Notes under the pieces: generated by a model
Database searches by the model: none
What the model saw: the letters and a program-made list of their open reading frames with translations, nothing else
Told to the model about the DNA's origin: nothing
In this document: positions 1 to 8,589 of the stretch, piece by piece
Position numbering within the stretch: the first letter of the stretch is position 1
Layout of the letters: each line of letters starts with the position of its first letter
Virus record (IMG/VR): IMGVR_UViG_3300044787_000021
Coordinates: 1 to 32,956 of that record
Source of the DNA: a virus
Taxonomy: Duplodnaviria; Caudoviricetes
DNA: 32,956 nucleotides
Direction: 5' to 3' (one strand)
Program-made: the position numbers and the translations under genes

Positions 1-923
1 GTCCCGATCCCGAGCTCGAGATCCCCTACGAGCGTCCCGGGCCACGACCGCGGTGCGAGCGCTCCTGCGCCGTGCGCGGCCGGCCCCCAGCCAAGCACCG
101 CCGGAGTCGTCGTGACGGTCTGGCGCGCCAGCCCGAGCTTGTCGGCGATCGCGAATGCCGCGCGCTGGCCGATCGTGATGTACCCGTCCGCGTCGAAGTG
201 AAACCCGTCGGTGAGCGCGATGTCATCGTTGTCGATCAGCAGCAGGTTCGGGTCACCCGCGGCCACCGCGACCTGCGCCGCGCGCACCGTCGACGTGAAC
301 GCACCAGATCCGTTCACGTTGGTTTTGACCCACGCGACGACGAGACCGGCGCTGAAGTCAGCGCGCAGCGCCGCGAGGAACGCAGTCATGTTCGATTGGA
401 ACGCGCTGCTCATCGGCGCCGTCGAGGCGTCGTTGGTGCCGAGATGGACCGTGATCGCTCGGACCGTTCCGAGCGCGCGCATCCGCGCGACGAACAGGTT
501 GTAGAGGTTGCCGGCGCCGGCCGCTGGGTACGTGCTCGTCGGCAGCCACTCGGTCGCGAGCGTCGATCCGGAAACCGCCATCACGGCCATGAGCGGCTTG
601 GCGCCGGCCGCGAACAGCGCCTGTCCCATCGTCAACTCGATGCCCATGCTCGGGTTATTGGGGTTCGTGTACGGCTGCAGCGTGCCCACGAAGTCAGCGA
701 ACACCGGCGGGAACGCAACGCCCGGTGCGATGTGCGAGCTGAGCTGCACCGTAGTGAATGGCGTCGTCAGCCCGAAGCCGCCATCGGCGTTGTTGGTGAC
801 GCCCTGACCGTAAGCGTTCGAATCTCCGAGGATCGGATAGACGTTCACTGTCGTCGGCGAATCGAGGCCGATGCGCAGCGCCATGCTGAGCCCGATGCGC
901 AGACTCTGCAGCCCGATCGGCAC
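1..923 (-). CDS. SGNH/GDSL hydrolase (sialate O-acetylesterase-like), 3' end truncated by the window; possibly virion-associated
   Basis: Not in the ORF track. Manual translation from GTG at 923 (TAGTG overlap with the upstream stop) is open to base 1: MPIGLQ...YPILGDSNAYGQG...AVSGSTLATEW...VHLGTNDAS...LTDGFHFDADGY. This contains the SGNH blocks GDS, G, GxND and DxxH. Confidence 0.85.
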   Translation of the reverse strand, partial: MPIGLQSLRIGLSMALRIGLDSPTTVNVYPILGDSNAYGQGVTNNADGGFGLTTPFTTVQLSSHIAPGVAFPPVFADFVGTLQPYTNPNNPSMGIELTMGQALFAAGAKPLMAVMAVSGSTLATEWLPTSTYPAAGAGNLYNLFVARMRALGTVRAITVHLGTNDASTAPMSSAFQSNMTAFLAALRADFSAGLVVAWVKTNVNGSGAFTSTVRAAQVAVAAGDPNLLLIDNDDIALTDGFHFDADGYITIGQRAAFAIADKLGLARQTVTTTPAVLGWGPAAHGAGALAPRSWPGTLVGDLELGIG

Positions 924-1408
924 TACTTTCCGGCTCCTGCGACCGTCAGCTTGCCGCCGGTCGCGCCAACTACGACGAGGAGTCGCGTCCGTGCCGCCCC
1001 GGTCTCGACCACATGCCAGAGCGCTCCACCGATCCCGGTCCCAAGCGCAGCGACGACACACGCCGTGGCGCCGGTCCCGACGCTCCACCCGGTGCCATCG
1101 ACAGCCACGTACCCGTTGGTGGGCCGCTCGTTTTTCCAGCCGCCCACCGCAGTACTCGTGTCCGGAAGATCACCGGCCGTCGACAGGCTCGGGTGGCCTG
1201 GCTGATTGGTGTCCTGGATCGTCGCCGAGGTGATCACGATCGCTGCATCTCCGGTGATGTCGACCGACGTGAATGCCGTGTCCTTGGTCGGCAGGATGTA
1301 CGCGTACGTGTGGCTCGCGACGAGCGTGAACGTCCCGTGCGGCGCCTCAGCAGGTGCCGAACCATCTGCGGTGTCGATCGGAAACAGGTATCTAGAATTG
1401 CCATGCAT
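923..1408 (-). CDS. Hypothetical beta-rich protein (161 aa), probably virion-associated
   Basis: T/G/A/V-rich composition, starts 3 nt after the upstream stop and its stop overlaps the next start. Confidence 0.7.
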   Translation of the reverse strand: MHGNSRYLFPIDTADGSAPAEAPHGTFTLVASHTYAYILPTKDTAFTSVDITGDAAIVITSATIQDTNQPGHPSLSTAGDLPDTSTAVGGWKNERPTNGYVAVDGTGWSVGTGATACVVAALGTGIGGALWHVVETGAARTRLLVVVGATGGKLTVAGAGK

Positions 1409-1411
1409 GGG

Positions 1412-4400
1412 TCACCTCGGTGCGGAGCGACGGTCGGAGTCTGGGCGATAGGCCTGAGACAGGTTGGTGGAGCCAGCGATCGACGGCATCGGCGGCGAAC
1501 CCGGAGGTGCAGTCGGAGCCGCCGCCGGGGCCGGCGCGAACGCGCCCCGCAACACGAATGCGTTCTCGGGTTCCATGCTCGGATGAAGGCTCACGTCGAA
1601 CAGCAGTGAGTTCTGAATTAACTGCCGGTATTCGACTGGTTTGCTTACGTCGGCCGCTCGCGCGATCAGTCGCTGCTGTGCCAGCGCGAACAGTCGCTGC
1701 CACACCACGCGCATCGTATCCGCGGCCTCGGGGGTTAGCGTGCGAGCGTGGAGCGCATCGAATGCCACGGTTGGATCGTTCGCTACTGCGAGCCGACGCC
1801 CCCACTGCAGCGCATCAGCCGCGGACGGGGTCCATTGCTGCTTCGTGTACGGATTCGGAGGCGGACCCTTTGGCGCGGTGTCGTTGAGGTGCTTGTACAT
1901 CGCGATCATGTGCGCCTCCATCGCGTTGATGAGGTCGGGGTCCTTGAGGTCGCGCATCTCCTTGCTGACCTTGTCGACGACGAGCTGCGGGTTGGTAGCC
2001 GCCGCCGCCACCTCGCGCATGCGGACCGCAGCGAGCTGGGATGTCGAGGATCCCTTGGGCGCATCAGGCTCGCCGTCATCGAACGCCCGGCGCTGCAGCG
2101 CCGCGTTGACGCGCAACCCGGTTGCCACGATCGTCGACTTGACGATCGGCTCGTTCCTAGCGACCAGGCCGAGCGATCGATCGACCGCGCTCGCGATGGC
2201 GTCCTTGGTCTTCGCGGCCAGCGCCGCGGCGCGCGATTCTGCCGTCGCAGGTACCCGCCCCATGAACCGACCGGTAGCAGCCTTCAACGCGCGGTACTTG
2301 AGGTACGCGCTCAGCATCGGCCCGATCACCGGGATGTCGTGCGGCGACGGAACCCCAGGGACACCGAGATCGTGCGCAACCTCGACGCCTACTCCGATCG
2401 CCTGAGCCCCAGCGACAGCCCGCGATCCGAGCCCGGTCCTGGGAGCGCCAGCTACGGGCGACGGGGGCAGCGCGGCGCGCGCATCCTCGGCCGCCTTGGT
2501 CGCGGCCTTGGAGCGGAGCGTCGCCTCGGTCTCGGTGGCTCGAGCTCGCGCATGGGCCGCATCGGCCTCTAGCTTGCCTTGCTTCGCATTCGCCATCCGC
2601 TGGCTCCAAGTCGGATGGCGTGGCCCGGCCGGCTCGGGCGCAGCCGCAGCGTCGCCGGCTGAATCATCCGCTGCCCGTGCGATCCTCGACACCGTCTTGC
2701 GGCTCGCCTCATCCTCGGCGGCGCGGAACGCCTGAGCAGCCTCTTTCGCCGCGGCCGGCGCGACATCGCCGATCGCCTCGGTGAGCTCGGCGGCGGCCTT
2801 TTCGATCCGCGTCACGACCTTGGCCATCGCCGCAACGTCCTCGACCGCCCCCGGGCGCGCGCCGACCGCGGTCATCTGCTGCTCGATGGCCTTGGCCTCG
2901 GCAACCGCAGTCTGCTGCTCGACCGTGCTCGTTGCCGCCGCAGCGCGCTCGAGCGCTGACTCGTGGGCGTCGGCGAGCCGGCGCAGCGCCATCGGATGCC
3001 CACGCTCGACTCGCTGCACCGCGTAGCCGGGCCGGGCCGCCTTACGCGCGATCCGCTCCGCCATTGCCTGGCCCTGCGCGCGCGCCTCGTCTCCGGCCAT
3101 CGCCGAGCCCTCGTAGAAACCGGCTCCGGGCCCCGCGAACCCTTCGTTCCACGGCGGGGTGATGCTCTTGAGCGGCTCGCCGCTGTCGAGATGCGCCTTG
3201 GTGCCGCGGAGCAAGGTCTCGAGGTCGTCGGCCGGCGCCGCGGCCCCCCGGGGGGATTTCATCTCCCACCAATCAGGGCGAGCGTCTCCGATCTTGGCGT
3301 TCGCGCCGTTGAACTTGCGCTCGGCGAGCCCCGCTTTCTCCAGCCCTTCCCATACGCGCTCCGCGCTCGGAGAGCGCGAGAAGTCAGAGGCCAGTGGCAC
3401 GCCATGCTCCTTGATGAGCGCGTCGTTCAGGTCGCGATACATCGCGTTTGCGAGTCCTCGCCCCCTGAGATCTGGGTCGATCGTCGTGTACTTGACCCGG
3501 TAGACGCCCTGCGCGTCACGCACGGCCTTCAGGTGACCGGCTTCTCCGGTCGGCGACGTCAACTTGATCTTGATCTCGCCATTGCCTGGCTCGATCTCAG
3601 GCTTGACGCCCGAGTCGCCGAAGATCTTGGAGGGCGCGGTTTCGGACGCGGCGCCGACCTTGACCGGTGCGGCAGACTGGATCTTCGCTCCCCCATCGCT
3701 CAGCGCCCGACGCTGCGCAACGATGGCGTCCCATTCGTCGGAGAGCTGCTGGTACTCCGGAGTACCCGACTGCATCGCATCGAGCTGGCTTCCGATTTCA
3801 GCCTGGCGCGCGTCGAGCTGGCGCAGGTCGGCCGGCCCATGTCGGAGCACGTCATCTGCAGCCGGCTCGGTACCGGTCGACCACTTCACCTTGATCGGCG
3901 CGTCGGCCTCGACGGCTGCAGCGAGCCGATGACGGCCATCGGTTACGGTGATCTTCCCCTCGGGCGAGACATTGAGCTTGATCGGATCGCGCTGTCCCTC
4001 CGCGATCGCCTGCTTTGCCTTGGCGATGCGCACCTCGTCGGTGGCACCGCCGGGTGGCTCGAAGTAACCTTGCTCCGCGATGTCGCGCGCTGGCACGGTG
4101 CGATCCAGGTAGTTATCGGTCGCGCGCTCGTGCGCTCCGATCTCGGCGTGGTCCGGGATGCCGGCGGACTTGGCCGCGTCGGATTTGGCCGCGACCTCGC
4201 CAAGCGACGCCGATGGCTGGGTCCCGCGGGCCGGGCGTAGCTCACGGGTTACGTCGAGCTTGGGCACCTCGGGCGGCAACACGTCGGAGCCGATCGCGAT
4301 GCGAGCTGAGGCTTCGCCGGACGGGGCCGCGCGGCCGGAACGCCGCGGGCCGAACTCGCTGACCGGCTCCCGGATCGTCGCGCCCTCCGCCTGTACCGCG

Positions 4401-5395
4401 GGTGCAGCAAGGCCCCCGAGCGACGCCTCGAGCTCGGGGTCGACGCTGGCATGTAGGTCGGAGAACTCGATGCGCGCCGCCTCGTACTCGTTGAGGTTGC
4501 TGAGCAGCTTCTGGGCGGCCTCCGGATCCAGGATTCGCTCTGGCGCATGGACGGCGAAGCCCTCGGCGGCTTGAGGGATTCCTCCGACCTGCGCGGCCCG
4601 CGCCTCGGCGACCCCCGCAACCGCCTGCTGGCGCACCAGCTCGGCTTGCTCGCGAGCCGCTTGCGCGGTGGCGAGCTGGGCGCGCGCCATATCGGCCGCC
4701 TGGTCAAACGACTCGAGCGAGGCCTGGCTCTTGGTCGCCCATTCCTGCGCGGCGAGCGTGGCTGCTTTCTCGCCGCCGTCAGCGATCCGCGCGAACATGC
4801 GGCGCGCCGCGATCGTGCCGGCAACCACGCCGTGCGCCGCCGCGGCCCCGCCGGAGCCGAACGCCAATCCGGTGCCGAGCGCGCCGACCACCCCCTCGGC
4901 GCTGAGCTCGCGGTCGCCGAGCGCGGTGTCGGAGAGGTAGATCCCGGCGTTCTGGACCGCGCCTTCGATGCCGCCCGCGACCAGCCCACCGGTGAGCCCG
5001 CCGCCGGCCCTCTCTGCTGCACGCGCCGCGGTCCGGGATAGGTACCCGGCCGGGGTGGCGCTGAGCGCGCCGCCGGTCGCGAGCGCAGGGAGCAGCGCAC
5101 CCGTGATCTGCCCGCCCGCCGACAGGACCGGATGCGCCTCGCGCTCGGCCGCTAGCTGTTCTCCGGCCCCCTTGCTCAGCAGCCCCTTGAGCGCGACGTC
5201 GGAGAGGCCGAGCGTGAGCCCAGAGAGCGTGCTGGTCGCGGCAGCGTTGAGCGCGCCGACCGCTCCGGTGTCCTCCGGGGTCACCCTGGTCTCGGTAGAC
5301 GCGGCCTCGGTAGAGCTGATCGGGGTGTCGGTTGGCCCGGCCTGCTCGTCGGGAATCGAGACGATCGACCCGTCCTGTTTGCGGTACAGGCCCAT
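1412..5395 (-). CDS. Large internal virion/DNA-ejection protein (1327 aa) with inserted ParB/Srx-like and GNAT-like domains
   Basis: Last of three Ala/Gly-rich genes after the nozzle gene. N-terminal ...LSGLTLGLSD...HPVLSAGGQITG... helical pattern is typical of ejection proteins. Internal DPIKLNVSPEGKITVTDGRHRLAAA (ParB-like, ~3880-4100) and YTTIDPDLRGRGLANAMY...SRSPSAERVWEGL (GNAT-like, ~3330-3575). Confidence 0.8.
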   Translation of the reverse strand: MGLYRKQDGSIVSIPDEQAGPTDTPISSTEAASTETRVTPEDTGAVGALNAAATSTLSGLTLGLSDVALKGLLSKGAGEQLAAEREAHPVLSAGGQITGALLPALATGGALSATPAGYLSRTAARAAERAGGGLTGGLVAGGIEGAVQNAGIYLSDTALGDRELSAEGVVGALGTGLAFGSGGAAAAHGVVAGTIAARRMFARIADGGEKAATLAAQEWATKSQASLESFDQAADMARAQLATAQAAREQAELVRQQAVAGVAEARAAQVGGIPQAAEGFAVHAPERILDPEAAQKLLSNLNEYEAARIEFSDLHASVDPELEASLGGLAAPAVQAEGATIREPVSEFGPRRSGRAAPSGEASARIAIGSDVLPPEVPKLDVTRELRPARGTQPSASLGEVAAKSDAAKSAGIPDHAEIGAHERATDNYLDRTVPARDIAEQGYFEPPGGATDEVRIAKAKQAIAEGQRDPIKLNVSPEGKITVTDGRHRLAAAVEADAPIKVKWSTGTEPAADDVLRHGPADLRQLDARQAEIGSQLDAMQSGTPEYQQLSDEWDAIVAQRRALSDGGAKIQSAAPVKVGAASETAPSKIFGDSGVKPEIEPGNGEIKIKLTSPTGEAGHLKAVRDAQGVYRVKYTTIDPDLRGRGLANAMYRDLNDALIKEHGVPLASDFSRSPSAERVWEGLEKAGLAERKFNGANAKIGDARPDWWEMKSPRGAAAPADDLETLLRGTKAHLDSGEPLKSITPPWNEGFAGPGAGFYEGSAMAGDEARAQGQAMAERIARKAARPGYAVQRVERGHPMALRRLADAHESALERAAAATSTVEQQTAVAEAKAIEQQMTAVGARPGAVEDVAAMAKVVTRIEKAAAELTEAIGDVAPAAAKEAAQAFRAAEDEASRKTVSRIARAADDSAGDAAAAPEPAGPRHPTWSQRMANAKQGKLEADAAHARARATETEATLRSKAATKAAEDARAALPPSPVAGAPRTGLGSRAVAGAQAIGVGVEVAHDLGVPGVPSPHDIPVIGPMLSAYLKYRALKAATGRFMGRVPATAESRAAALAAKTKDAIASAVDRSLGLVARNEPIVKSTIVATGLRVNAALQRRAFDDGEPDAPKGSSTSQLAAVRMREVAAAATNPQLVVDKVSKEMRDLKDPDLINAMEAHMIAMYKHLNDTAPKGPPPNPYTKQQWTPSAADALQWGRRLAVANDPTVAFDALHARTLTPEAADTMRVVWQRLFALAQQRLIARAADVSKPVEYRQLIQNSLLFDVSLHPSMEPENAFVLRGAFAPAPAAAPTAPPGSPPMPSIAGSTNLSQAYRPDSDRRSAPR

Positions 5396-7867
5396 CTACT
5401 GGACCCCCCCGATCCCGAGCTTGCGAACGCCGTCGAGGTAGCGCTGCTGGTCGGCCGGTGATGCGCCGCGGAGAAACGCGGGCAGCTGTGTCTGGCTCGT
5501 CGGCGTGAGCGGGACGACCGGCGGGACGTCGGCAGGAAGACCCTGACTTATCCGCGCCCTTTGCCCGGCCAGCTGTTTCTCTGCGCCGGGGGTGAGCGCG
5601 GATGGGCCGGGGCCCGGAGAAAGCGGCGCCGTCGCGGCCTCGAGCTCCTTGGCACGCATCGGATTCTCGTCTCGGATCGCCTTGAGCACATCGGCGAACA
5701 GCTTCGGATCCTCGTCTCGGATTAGGTGAGCGAACCCCGAATACAGCGATCCGCGGTCGCCCTGTAGTGGTACCGCAAGCTGCTCTACGATTCCGGCGTA
5801 CGCCTTGTTGCCGGCCGATCCAGCGCGCTTGATCAGTGCACGGGCCTTGTCGTCATCCGCTGGGTCGAGGCCGTAGTTCGACGGCTTCCCCGGTGCTCCG
5901 GTTCTTGGATTCGGTGCTCCAACGCGCCCGAGCGCGGCGTTCTGCGCCTTGTCAACCGGGCTGCGCTCGTCGAGCGAACCGGTCAGAGGAGTGAGCACGC
6001 GCGACGCAATTCCTGGAGTTGCGTCCTCGCCGACTTCCTTGGCGGTCTTGCCGCCGAACTTCACGTCCTCGGAGCTTTGCCCTGGCTTCCACTTCGTCTT
6101 AATCCCGGCGCTCTTGAGTGATGCAGCGGCGTTGACCTCGGCGTCGCTGCGCAACACCTTGAGCGCGGCCATCGCTTTGCCCTTATCGACCTCCCTGGAG
6201 ATCCAGCTGTCAGGGTCGATGCTGAGCACGTGGTCGAATGCTTTCAGCGCCCCAACCGTCACGCGCTCACCGAGCGTGGCCACGTAGCGCGCCTTGACGT
6301 TTGCGATATCCGCGGTGATGGCGGCCCACTGCTCGCGATCGATCGCGCCTGGGTCCTTCTCCAGCTTCGCGAGCGTGTTGGATACCAGGTCGTGAACCAC
6401 ATAAGTGATCTTGATGGCCTTCTGTGCTTCTTCCCCGATCTTCCTGTTGGTCGCGATGGCAGCATCGTTGAGCTTCGCGCTGTCGCGCAACAGCTGGGCT
6501 TGCTGATTGAGCTGTGCGGCTTGCTGCGGATCGCCGACCTTGCGTGCCTGAGCCTCGTAGGAGTCCGCATCTGCCATCTTCTTCTCGCCCTCGGGGGTTA
6601 GGAGTAGATCGCCAGTGACCGGATCGTTGACCCCGAGCTCGGATACCTTCTTCGCCTTCTCGGCCGCGGCCTTCTCGCCGGCCGCGAGGTACTTCTCGGA
6701 AAGCGCGGCCATCCTGTCGCGTTCCGCCACCTGCTGGCCAAAATAGAATCGCTTGTCCTCGAGATCTTGTCCGCGACGCTGCAGACCGATGGACTCCGCG
6801 TGTTGCTGGGCCGACTGCTTGCGCGCTGCCTCAGCATTGGTTTGGTCCCACAGCCGCGATGCAGCGTTCTCCTTGAGCTTGACCTTCTCCTCTTCGAGCT
6901 TGGCGTTGAGCGCTCCAGCATTCGCTTGCGCTTGTGGCGACTTCTGCTGTGTCGCAATCGTCTGCACCGCCTGCTGCGCCTGCTCGAGTGCGCCGGCTTT
7001 GCGCACGTCGATCTCTGCGAGCCGATCGCCAGCCGCTTGTCGATGCTCGCCGATGCCAACGTTCATTTGCGCGATGTCGGCTCGGCGCTTGTCGAGGTCC
7101 GCCATCTGCGCGGCGACCTTGCGATCGACGGCTTGAATCATCGCGTCGTAGGCTAGGTTGTGAAACGCCCCGCCGTACTGCTTCTGCTGCATCGCCGCGC
7201 CGATTCCACCAAGTGCGACGCCGATCGCGGCCCACACCGGGTGATCGAGGCTTCGATCAACCTTCGTGTCCGCGACCTTCTTTACAGCGACATCGCGCGC
7301 CTGCATCAGGCTGTTCAGCTTCGCCGCGTTCTCTTGGGCGACGCGCGCGCGGTCAGCGAGGATTTGTTGCGTCTGCGCATCGCGGGCCGCGAGTACGTCT
7401 CCTTGCTTCGTAGCCGTGTCGGCCTCGACCTGCGCCGACCTTACGTTCGCCGCCTGCTCGCCCTCGACCGCCCTATCCGTTGCCGAGACGCTGCCCGCGG
7501 GCCCGTACTGTTGCAGCAGCTGGGCGTTGGTCAGCGGCGGCGCTGGCGCGACTGGCTGCGCGCCGGCCTCGGGGCCAGGCTCGGTCACGGGGGCATGGCT
7601 TGGCCGCGGAGCGACCTCGGGGCCGCCCGACGGCACCTGCGCCGGCGTGGTCACGGGCGCGGCGGTAGCGTCCGGCGGTGGCGTGAGTGCGGCTAGCCCC
7701 GCGGTGTCGTCCGGTGACCAGTTCGGCGCGCCGCCGCTCGGCAACGTCAACGGCCCGGCCGGCGCCGGAGCTAGGCCCGGGAACTGCGCCGCTAGGTCGG
7801 ACGGCAGCGTGAGCGTACGCCCGTCTGGCGTCGTCACGATCTGCGGCTGGCCGGCAAAGAGGGCCAT
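5396..7867 (-). CDS. Internal virion/DNA-ejection protein (823 aa)
   Basis: Pro-rich N-terminus, long A/Q/K coiled-coil stretches, one hydrophobic segment (WAAIGVALGGIGAAM). Lies between the two other ejection-like genes. Confidence 0.7.
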   Translation of the reverse strand: MALFAGQPQIVTTPDGRTLTLPSDLAAQFPGLAPAPAGPLTLPSGGAPNWSPDDTAGLAALTPPPDATAAPVTTPAQVPSGGPEVAPRPSHAPVTEPGPEAGAQPVAPAPPLTNAQLLQQYGPAGSVSATDRAVEGEQAANVRSAQVEADTATKQGDVLAARDAQTQQILADRARVAQENAAKLNSLMQARDVAVKKVADTKVDRSLDHPVWAAIGVALGGIGAAMQQKQYGGAFHNLAYDAMIQAVDRKVAAQMADLDKRRADIAQMNVGIGEHRQAAGDRLAEIDVRKAGALEQAQQAVQTIATQQKSPQAQANAGALNAKLEEEKVKLKENAASRLWDQTNAEAARKQSAQQHAESIGLQRRGQDLEDKRFYFGQQVAERDRMAALSEKYLAAGEKAAAEKAKKVSELGVNDPVTGDLLLTPEGEKKMADADSYEAQARKVGDPQQAAQLNQQAQLLRDSAKLNDAAIATNRKIGEEAQKAIKITYVVHDLVSNTLAKLEKDPGAIDREQWAAITADIANVKARYVATLGERVTVGALKAFDHVLSIDPDSWISREVDKGKAMAALKVLRSDAEVNAAASLKSAGIKTKWKPGQSSEDVKFGGKTAKEVGEDATPGIASRVLTPLTGSLDERSPVDKAQNAALGRVGAPNPRTGAPGKPSNYGLDPADDDKARALIKRAGSAGNKAYAGIVEQLAVPLQGDRGSLYSGFAHLIRDEDPKLFADVLKAIRDENPMRAKELEAATAPLSPGPGPSALTPGAEKQLAGQRARISQGLPADVPPVVPLTPTSQTQLPAFLRGASPADQQRYLDGVRKLGIGGVQ

Positions 7868-8587
7868 CTACTTCCCCGCGAGGATCTGGCCGCCGGCCGC
7901 GAGCAGTCCGCCGAAGATCCCCTTGTCCTGATTCTGGGCCTGCGATTTCGCAATCTCGGCGGCTATCTGCGCCTGGTCCCACCCGAGCTGCTGGCCGAGC
8001 GCCTGGATCTGGCGCGCGTCGTTCAGCTGGGTCTGGTAGAGCTGCGACTGCTGATTACCCTGCGCGGCCTGTTGGGATAGCTGGGCGTTCTGGGATGCGA
8101 TTTGCGCGTCCTGGCCAAACGCCTGCCCGTACAGCGCGCCACGCTGAGCGTTCGCCGCCTGCTGGTCGGACATCTGCGCCTGCGACGCCATGCCGGCGCC
8201 CTGCAGCCCGAGGTCTGCGGTGTTCCGAGCGGCGTTGCGCGACGCCAGCGCGGAGTTCGCGCCGTGCGCCATGCGCGCGGCTGCGGTCTGCGCCGCCGTC
8301 GCCTGTCCGACCTGACGGTTGACCGCGAGCTCGCCAGCTCCAGCCTGCTGTCCGCTCGCGATCCGCCCAAGGTCACCGGCGACGCCCATCAGTCCGCCGC
8401 GGGACTGATCGATGTTTCCGGTCGCGAGCTGCGAGGCATTGACCGTCGGAGCCGCGCGACCTGCGGCGCCCGACGCCATCTGCCCGAGCTGCGCGGTGGC
8501 CGCGTCGTAGTTCTTCAGCTTCGGGTCGATGCCGGCAGACGAATTGCCGCCGAATACGTAGTTTCCGACGTCACCCCAGAATCCCAT
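7868..8587 (-). CDS. Internal virion/DNA-ejection (pilot-like) protein (239 aa)
   Basis: Real start taken as ATG 8587 (MGFWGDVGNYVFGG), 2 nt after the nozzle stop. Q/A/G-rich, ending GIFGGLLAAGGQILAGK, as expected for a small podovirus ejection protein. Confidence 0.7.
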   Translation of the reverse strand: MGFWGDVGNYVFGGNSSAGIDPKLKNYDAATAQLGQMASGAAGRAAPTVNASQLATGNIDQSRGGLMGVAGDLGRIASGQQAGAGELAVNRQVGQATAAQTAAARMAHGANSALASRNAARNTADLGLQGAGMASQAQMSDQQAANAQRGALYGQAFGQDAQIASQNAQLSQQAAQGNQQSQLYQTQLNDARQIQALGQQLGWDQAQIAAEIAKSQAQNQDKGIFGGLLAAGGQILAGK

Positions 8588-8589
8588 GG

